The translations under genes were made by a program, and so were the position numbers. Under the pieces are notes generated by a model. It made no database searches. It worked only from the letters and a program-made list of their open reading frames with translations, and was not told where the DNA came from. Below, one piece after another: positions 56,536 through 64,000 of a DNA stretch of 64,000 nucleotides; the first letter of the stretch is position 1; every line of letters starts with the position of its first letter. The stretch covers positions 1 to 64,000 of the forward strand of contig CAXHJY010000518.1 of NCBI GenBank assembly GCA_964016885.1. Reading direction: 5' to 3'. The stretch comes from Eledone cirrhosa (Eukaryota).

Positions 56536-57494
56536 TTCTAGGGCAGGTAAAATTCCCGAGATCCATGGATGAGTTCTCTCCAGCGGTCTCTGTCCCTCAT
56601 TATTGCTGCCATGTCCTGTGTCTCCAACAGACCAGTGTCTGTCCTTAGGGCATCAACATACGTTAACCTTGGTCTTCCTCTTCCAGTGTGTCCATGTAGG
56701 GGCTCCCACAGGAACACTGAGTGCAATGTCAACTGGATGTCAGTGAGCATGTCCAGCCAACCTCAGTCTCCTCTGTATCACTTTTGAGCTGGCCTTTGGG
56801 AGGCTCCCATACAGCTCTGAGCCCTTCATCCTCAGTGTATACTGATTAACACTCAGACCCACTCTCAGTACTCCCATGCAGCACCCATCCACCATCTGAG
56901 TGAGTCTCTTGGTCAGTGTCCAACTCTCAGACCCGTACAGCAGCACAGACTCCACTACAGCAATGAAGAGGTGGATTTTCAGGTCTTTACGAAGGTCTGA
57001 CTTCCACACCGATCCCAAGCTGTCATTACATCTGATGGAATGACAGAGTTCTTTGAGATACTGGCTGGAGTGCTCCAGGGAGATACATTGGCTCCCTACC
57101 TTTTTATCATCATAGTGGACTATTGTATGCGCCTTGCACTGAAGATACACCAGGACTCTGGCTTTTCTGTAACACCGGCTCAGAGCAGGAGAGTTAAGGC
57201 GAGAGGGGTGTCGGATGCTGAATTTGCCGACAACATGCTTTTGGTGACAAATGCAGTGAAGGAGGCAGAGGATTTGATGCAGGAGGTTGGGACTGTGTCG
57301 GTGGATGTGGGGCTGAGAATGAATGAGACTAAAACAAAATATCTGGTAGAGAATGTTGAGAAGCCAGAGGGGATCGGTGATGTAGGCGGGGGTCCGCTAG
57401 AATTGGTTGAGGACTTCCTGTATTTGGGAGCAAAGATTGGGAATACGCAAGATGATGTGGTTGAGAGGAAGAGCAAAGCCTGGGCGGCGTGCCA
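56536..57494 (-). mobile_element. RTE-clade LINE (family C) 3' fragment with an inverted 5' portion
   Basis: 56536-57022 (-) encodes SLGSVWKS...VESVLLYGSESW...RRLRLAGH...GRPRLTY. 57022-57494 (+) encodes GVLQGDTLAPYLF...FAD...FLYLG...KAWAACH. Confidence 0.87.
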
Positions 57495-57511
57495 TATATA
57501 TATATATATAA

Positions 57512-59862
57512 TATAGGAATAACCAAAGAGTGCTTAGAAATACATTGTTTTATTAGCTAACAGTGTAAAACAATGTATTTCTAAGCACTCTTTGGTTATT
57601 CCTATAACTATAACGGCTCTGTAGTATACTAGTTATCCTACATTGAGCTAAAATCACACTGTCATACCAAGGGCAAACTACTATTAAAAACCTAGAAGAT
57701 ATAAATATAGAAGGCCGTAGTATAGTGTGTAAATTAGGACTTCAGAGACATTCACAGCCATACACCCTTAACCCCCCCCCCCCCCCCCCCCAGATTTTAT
57801 CTGAAGGACCATAAAGAAGACTTCATTAGTAACCCTTCGATAAGACTAATTTGCCCTTCCAAATCTGACAGTGGTATTATCAGCAAGAGAATATTAGATA
57901 GAATCATCCCACAGTTTAAGCACAAAATATATCTTAGCCAGTGGGGAAATACAGGTGAAGTTATTGAATGGTTCAAGGATATTAAAGAGAATAAAAATTA
58001 AAAATTTACACAATTTGATATCAATTCATACTAAACCTCTATTTCCCCTATCCTATTAAATAAGGCACTAATTATGGCCATGAACAATATAGTGACCTGA
58101 CTAGATACCAAATTGATGTCATACTTGCAGCCAGAAAAATCATAATTACATTTGAAGATCAATTATGGACCTGCAAGGATACGCATAACAACTTTGACAT
58201 AATTATGGGATCTAGTGACTCGGCGCAGGTCACTGATTTGGTGGGCCTATATCTACTAAATGAAATTCATAAGAACCTACCCTACCTCAACGGTGGTTTA
58301 TACCGCGATAATGCGTTCTTCTTATAGACTATAAAAAATTTAATATAGAAAGAACTAGGAAACAATTACATAAAATTTTCAAAAACTTCAACTTAAGTAT
58401 CACCTTAGATAAAAACACTAAAAACGTTAACTTCCTTGATGCTACCTTTTGCCTGGACTCTAAAATATATACACCCTTTCATAAACCTAACGAAAAACTA
58501 ATTTATGTAGATACCAACTCTAACCATCCTAAATCCATATTAAACTCAATTACTAACATCTAATAGAATTTCTAGTCTATCATATAACGAAACCATATTT
58601 AACAATAATTCCCAATCAGGCATTAGCTAAATCAGGCCATAATAATGGGATTGAATTCTTACTTATATAAAATCACATAATTACAGCATTATTGCTCACA
58701 ATATGGCCATGAGGAAATATAATAAAAGTTCTAGCCACTCTAACGAAGGGTAATAACAAACTTAACTCACACCAAAGTAAACACCACAATAATAATATAA
58801 ACAGAAATACAAATACTTCTAAAAATATTACAAAACACAAAAATAGAAGGAGAACTAATACATTCTTCAATCCCCCTTTCAATCTAAACGTCTCTACCAA
58901 CTTACCTAAGGCTTTCTTCTCAATCCTAGAAAAAAACTTCCCATCCGGCCACAAATACCATAATCTTATCAATAAAAATACCATTAAAATCTCTTACTCT
59001 ACCACACCTAACATCGCATACCATATAGCTAGTAGTAATAAAAGGAAGATTAATAATTATTTCCAACTAATTAAAACACAACAGGAGGTAAACTTACAGA
59101 ACAACACAGTACCTGTAAATTCTAGTAGCAATAGTAATAATGGTAATAGCACTAATGAAATCAATAACAATAGGAACAACAACCATCATTACCCTAATGC
59201 TATCCCTAGCAACCAGACTTCTGCACAACATAGTAACCGGCAAGCAAACATCCAGAATAAATGTAACTGTAGAACAAATAGAACTTGCCCCTTAGGTAAT
59301 AATTGCTTAATCAAAGACATCATTTACTCATGCACGGTCAACACTAACAACTCTTCTAAAACATATATAGGCTCTACTTCGAACTGCTTCAAAACAAGAT
59401 ACAACTCGCACCTCCATTCTTTCAAAAAACACAGTCTAGCCAACTCCACTTCTTTATCTAGCTACATATACACTCTGGAAACTAGGAATAGACCATATAC
59501 ACTTCAGTGGGAAGTAGTAGGTAGGGCCACATCGTATAAACCACCGAATAAATTGTGTAACCTCTGTCTTCTAGAGACCCGTACTATAATATTTTCGAAA
59601 CTAGAGGTATTTTCCTCATGCCTGCACCACTATCGACACTCGTTCCATAACTTTAAACCTAGCTGCTAGTATATAACAATGCCAGATTGGAATTCCTCAC
59701 CGCCATTAACACTTCACCTCTAGGACTTAGTCCCCACAACATCACACTCTTTGATCAGCTCTTTCCTCTACACAACTATTTATCTCTAACCTTATACTCT
59801 ACAATAAATATTAGAAATAAATAAAGTTACCACCTTTTAATATAACTACTATAGCTTACTTA
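57512..59862 (+). mobile_element. Decayed Penelope-like element (GLYRD-type RT + GIY-YIG) starting with a perfect 41-bp hairpin
   Basis: LKDHKEDF..NPSIRLICPSKSD (~57800), MGSSDSAQVTDLVG, GGLYRD, SNHPKS, FFNPPF, CNCRTNRTCPL..CL...YIGSTSNCFKTRYNSH; multiple stops and frameshifts. Confidence 0.87.
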
Positions 59863-60852
59863 TCTATATATATAAAACTGTGGTTGTCTGTCTGTCTATC
59901 GATTTTTGGCACACATCTCCTCTTAGAATCTCTCACGGAATTGCACCGAAATTGCTATACTTGTACATTGAGCCCTAGCGAAGACATCGGAAAAAAAAAA
60001 ATTTCAAATTGACCCGCCCTATGTGACGAAATCGAATATAATGTATCGATTTTTGAGCGTAAGTTATCAGTTATTTCCCTTTGTTCTGTTTACATTGAGC
60101 GTCTTACGTAAAAAATTACGCTGGCTTTCTCAGCGTTTAAAATGACATTAACACAATACACGAACGAACAGTTGTCGAGCCAGCAAAATATTGACCTGCA
60201 AAATTCATCAGTTCGAACACTAAGCTTCCGTTTTGCTTCATTTCCATTTAAAAGCATTTTAAAACAATATTTTTACTTGAAAACAAGTCTATTTAAAGAC
60301 TACGTAAAACAAGCAAATATTTCGTCGTTAGGCGTGCAGACAGACAGTCGTGCAGAGAGGTGATATACGCGTGCAGACAGACAGTCGTGCAGAGAGGTGA
60401 TATACGCGTGCAGACAGACAGTCGTGCAGAGAGGTGATATAGGCGTGCAGACAGACAGTCGTGCAGAGAGGTGATATAGGCGTGCAGACAGATAGGCGTG
60501 CAGACAGACAGTCGTGCAGAGAGGTGATATAGGCGTGCAGACAGACATAACTGATAATTTGGTTACGCTAATGTTTTTCTCTGCGTTGCAGTGTTTACAT
60601 TTTCGATCTTTGTTAATAAATAACCAGTGCAGTTTTTATCCCCAGCATCCTCTTTTGTTATAACATTCGGGTTATCGTTATGTTTTCTTAACTTCATAAG
60701 GCATATTGTTGGTTGAGGGAATATTAATCAAAAACACCACATGCAAGTCTGCACAGTAGACACTACAGTTTTTAAGCCAAAAAAGAAACTTAACATTGTA
60801 ACTTTAACACAGCTACTGAGCGACCCCGAGCAACGCCGAGCTTTACTGCTAG
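59863..60852 (+). mobile_element. Non-autonomous Helitron (~990 bp)
   Basis: 5' TCTATATATATAAAA followed by (GTCT)n; 3' hairpin CCGAGCAACGCCGAG then CTAG; inserted between A and T with no target-site duplication. Confidence 0.85.
60331..60547. repeat. 37-bp minisatellite (~5 full units plus partials) inside the Helitron
   Basis: Unit [G/C]GCGTGCAGACAGACAGTCGTGCAGAGAGGTGATATA at 60331, 60368, 60405, 60442 and 60495. Confidence 0.95.
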
Positions 60853-61240
60853 TATTATATACAGTAATGGATATATAATATGTAGAGACATTTAATGTAA
60901 TATGTGATAATAAATTATAAATTATATATATATTTATAATTAAATATATAAATTAATAGCATTGTATATAAGGGATTAACTTTTAACACAATATAATGTT
61001 TATTATTAACACGGGGTCGATAAAATATAGTACCAGTAATACACTGGGTAATTGCTGGCCTTGTGCCTAACGTAGAAACAATTATTAACACAAGGAATTT
61101 AACTAATTGGACATGTAAACAGCTATACATTTTTCCATAACTTATATCTTGTCCAATAATGGGTAGATAACTATCTAATGAGACCTTTAATATATTATAG
61201 GAGAATAGACTGTATTTAAAATTAAATATAAATATATTAT

Positions 61241-61577
61241 GGAGGCACATGGCTTAGTGGTTAGAGCATTGGCTTTGCAATCAAAAGGTTGTGAGTTCAA
61301 TTCTCAGACCGGGTGATGTTGTTTCCTTGAGCAAGACACTTTATTTCACATTGCTCCAGTTTACTCAGCTGTAGAAATGATAGGGACCCCAGTCCCTATC
61401 ATTCCACTGCAAAGTGGTCGTGGAGTGCCACAGCAAAAAAGCACCCAGCACTCACTGTAAATGAGGTTGGTGTTAGGAAGGGCATCCAGCTGTAGAAATC
61501 AAGCCAGAATCAGTTCCCGTCCCACCCTTGCAAGCAGGGAAAAGTAGACGTAAAATGAAATGATGAATGGTGATGAT
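61241..61577 (+). mobile_element. tRNA-derived SINE
   Basis: Colinear with 4702-5047. Confidence 0.92.
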
Positions 61578-61817
61578 ATAACATTATGTAAAAATGATTC
61601 ACTTATAACACAATATAATGTGTATTAGAACAAAGAATTTAAATAATTGATACTTTCATATATAATTTAATTTAATGTAATGAGCTAGTTACCTCCCCTT
61701 ACGCATTAGCTCCCCTTAATTTTGGCAATGAATTGTAAATTGGTCCTATTGTATTCTTATTCATGGATTAGAGTTGTTCTACAGCGGCTTTTGCTAACGC
61801 TTTAATTTCCGGAAGTG

Positions 61818-62896
61818 AAGGATTGGAATCTGAGGATAGAAAATGCTATCGAATTGTCAGATTGGAAGGACTATGAAATTAAGCGGATTATAGAAAGGCA
61901 AGAAAAATGTGTACATTACATTATACCGTGAAGGAAAAACAGCCACGAATTTGGCGAATGTGATTACTTGTGGGGGTTATCTTATATAGATAGAGAGAGA
62001 GAGAGAAGGGGGGCCTGGCTGCATGATGTAGAGTGGGGTGGCTGACCGCGAACACTCGTGAAGTGGTGGAGGGTGAGAAGATATTAAGGAGCGAGAATTA
62101 AGAGTTTGAATACGGTCCTCGAAATAATAACAAATATATTTAAAAAGAATATATAAGAGAAGAATAGGTTTAAGTAAGATCCTCGTATTTAACAAGCGAT
62201 AACAAAAATACAAGATTTGTTTTGTAAAATACGACAAAAACTTCGTATTTAACAAGCAATAACAAAAAATACAAGATTTGTTTTGGAAAATACGAGAAAA
62301 TACAGAATACAGGAGGATTTGTTTTGGAAATAGGATAGAATAGCGAGTAGTGAAGCAAGGATTGGAATCTAAGGATAGAAAATGCTATCGAATTGTCGGA
62401 TTGGAAGGACTATGAAATTAAGCGGATTGTAGAAAGGCAAGAAAAATGTGTACATTACATTATACCGTGAAGGAAAAACAGCCACAAATTTGGTGAATGT
62501 GATTACTTGTGGGGGTTATCTTATATAGATAGAGAGAGAGAAGGGGTTGGGGGTTGGCCGCATGATGTAGAGTGGGGTGGCTGACCGCGAACACTCATGA
62601 AGTGGTGGAGGGGGAGAAGATATTAAGGAGCGGGAATTAAGAGTTTGAATACGGTCCTCGAAATAATAACAAATATATTTAAAAAGAATATATAAGAGAA
62701 GAATAGGTTTAAGTAAGATCCTCGTATTTAACAAGCGATAACAAAAAATACAAGATTTGTTTTGGAAAATACGAGAAAATACAGAATACAGGAGGATTTG
62801 TTTTGGAAATAGGATAGAATAGCGAGTAGTGAAGCAAGGATTGGAATCTGAGGATAGAAAATGCTATCGAATTGTCAGATTGGAAGGACTATGAAT
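61818..62896. repeat. Tandem ~480-540-bp monomers (2 full + partial), distantly related to the 46.5-48.8 kb array
   Basis: AAGGATTGGAATCT recurs at 61818, 62357 and 62836. Shares blocks GCATGATGTA, TTAAGAGTTT, AATATATTTAAA..GAATATATAA and AAAATACAAGATTTGTTTTG with the first array. Confidence 0.88.
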
Positions 62897-62905
62897 GTGT
62901 ATATA

Positions 62906-62939
<34 letters not shown>

Positions 62940-62985
62940 CATATATATATATATTAATTCATATATATATATATATATATATATA

Positions 62986-64000
62986 TACTGTTACAAACAT
63001 ATGTGCAAAACACACCCCATTAAGAACTATAAACAAATCTAAGAGCAGAATCCCTAGAAATAGAAAAACGCTCATCAGGAAAATTAAGAGAACTAACAAA
63101 AAAATCAACAAGCTGAAATACTGTCAGCAGCAACACATCAACGTGACTGCCATTTCATCACTAGAGATTAAAAAACATAACCTCCAAAACAACATGATGT
63201 CTATCATCAACAATCAGAGAAGAGCTGAAGAGGCCTGGGCCATTGAGAAGATCAAACTCAATCCCAAAGTGTTCTTTTCATTTGCAAAAAAACACAAAAT
63301 CACTGGCTCTACTGTTGGCTCTCTAATTGATGAAAATGGCACTCTTCAAGACAATGCTAAAACCATGGGTGAGATACTGCAGAAACAATACTGCTCTGTT
63401 TTCAGCAATCCTGATATGGCCGATCTGGGCTGTATCGGCGATGTTACTCCCCATTACACCTTATCGGACATAACGTTTGGCGCCCCTGATGTCTTAGCGG
63501 CAATAAAGGAAATCAAGCATAATTCAGCAGTAGGTCCCGATAGGTTCCCTGCTTGTGTCTTGAAGGCGTGTCAACACCAACTTGCATCTCCTCTTGCCAA
63601 TCTGTGGCGGAACTCACTGGATGCTGGATATGTGCCAGAAAACTTTCTATCCCAGTCTGTTGTCCCAGTTTTCAAAAAAGGAAACAAATCCCTTGCCGTG
63701 AATTACCGTCCAATCTCACTCACCTCTCATATCATTAAGGTATTTGAGAGAGTGGTGAGATCGCAAATGACTCACTTCCGTAATGGAAGGGATTGCCTGA
63801 CGCAGCTACTGCATTACTTTGATGACATTTTGAGAGCCTTGGGAGAGGGTTCCAACACTGATGTTATCTACCTTGATTTCAGCAAGGCTTTTGACAGGGT
63901 TGATCACAACATTCTACTGAGAAAGCTGTCCAATATTGGTGTCACTGGAAAGCTGCTGCAGTGGATCAAGAGCTTCCTGTCAAACAGAACCCAACATGTT
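62986..64000 (+). mobile_element. CR1-like LINE fragment (pre-RT and RT N-terminus), runs off the window end
   Basis: 63281-64000 is the reverse complement of ~6181-6943; [32 protein letters not shown]; 42-bp in-frame deletion near 63779. Confidence 0.9.

Noticed and set aside
60331-60547. 37-bp repeats resembling a CRISPR array
   Set aside because: The units are head-to-tail with no unique spacers, there are no cas genes, and the context is a eukaryotic Helitron.
61827-61864. CTGAGGA...GAAT hammerhead-like string in the tandem monomer
   Set aside because: It has GAAT instead of GAAA, the core is sequestered in a simple hairpin, and the second monomer reads CTAAGGA.

Overview
Animal genomic DNA, most likely a coleoid cephalopod such as Octopus. 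This is inferred from the SINE family, the LINE repertoire and the very long TA/TATG arrays, not from a database search. The only recognisable host coding sequence is one internal exon of QRSL1/GatA (55259-55451, +), so most of the window is probably intron. The rest is a nested mosaic of transposable elements separated by degenerate (TA)n/(TATG)n arrays, and those arrays generate all the 'YIYI' ORFs in the track. Elements present: three RTE-clade LINE families (one copy has an intact 1181-aa ORF); an intact two-ORF Tx1/L1-clade element inserted into an (ATT)n tract in that RTE's 3' UTR; CR1-like fragments; four Penelope-like elements (PLEs); four tRNA-head SINEs; three copies of a ~590-bp bipartite non-autonomous RTE derivative; a decayed Helitron and a non-autonomous Helitron; and two related ~480-560-bp tandem monomer arrays. 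The most striking structure is a ~10.2-kb head-to-head PLE palindrome whose arms each end in a type I hammerhead ribozyme with an unusually long (~116-nt) stem II. Also notable are two further PLE 5' fold-backs, a 1.7-kb zero-spacer microsatellite palindrome and a local paralog that preserves the empty site of two CR1 insertions. All alignments and RNA folds were done by eye, so boundaries are approximate to a few bases.
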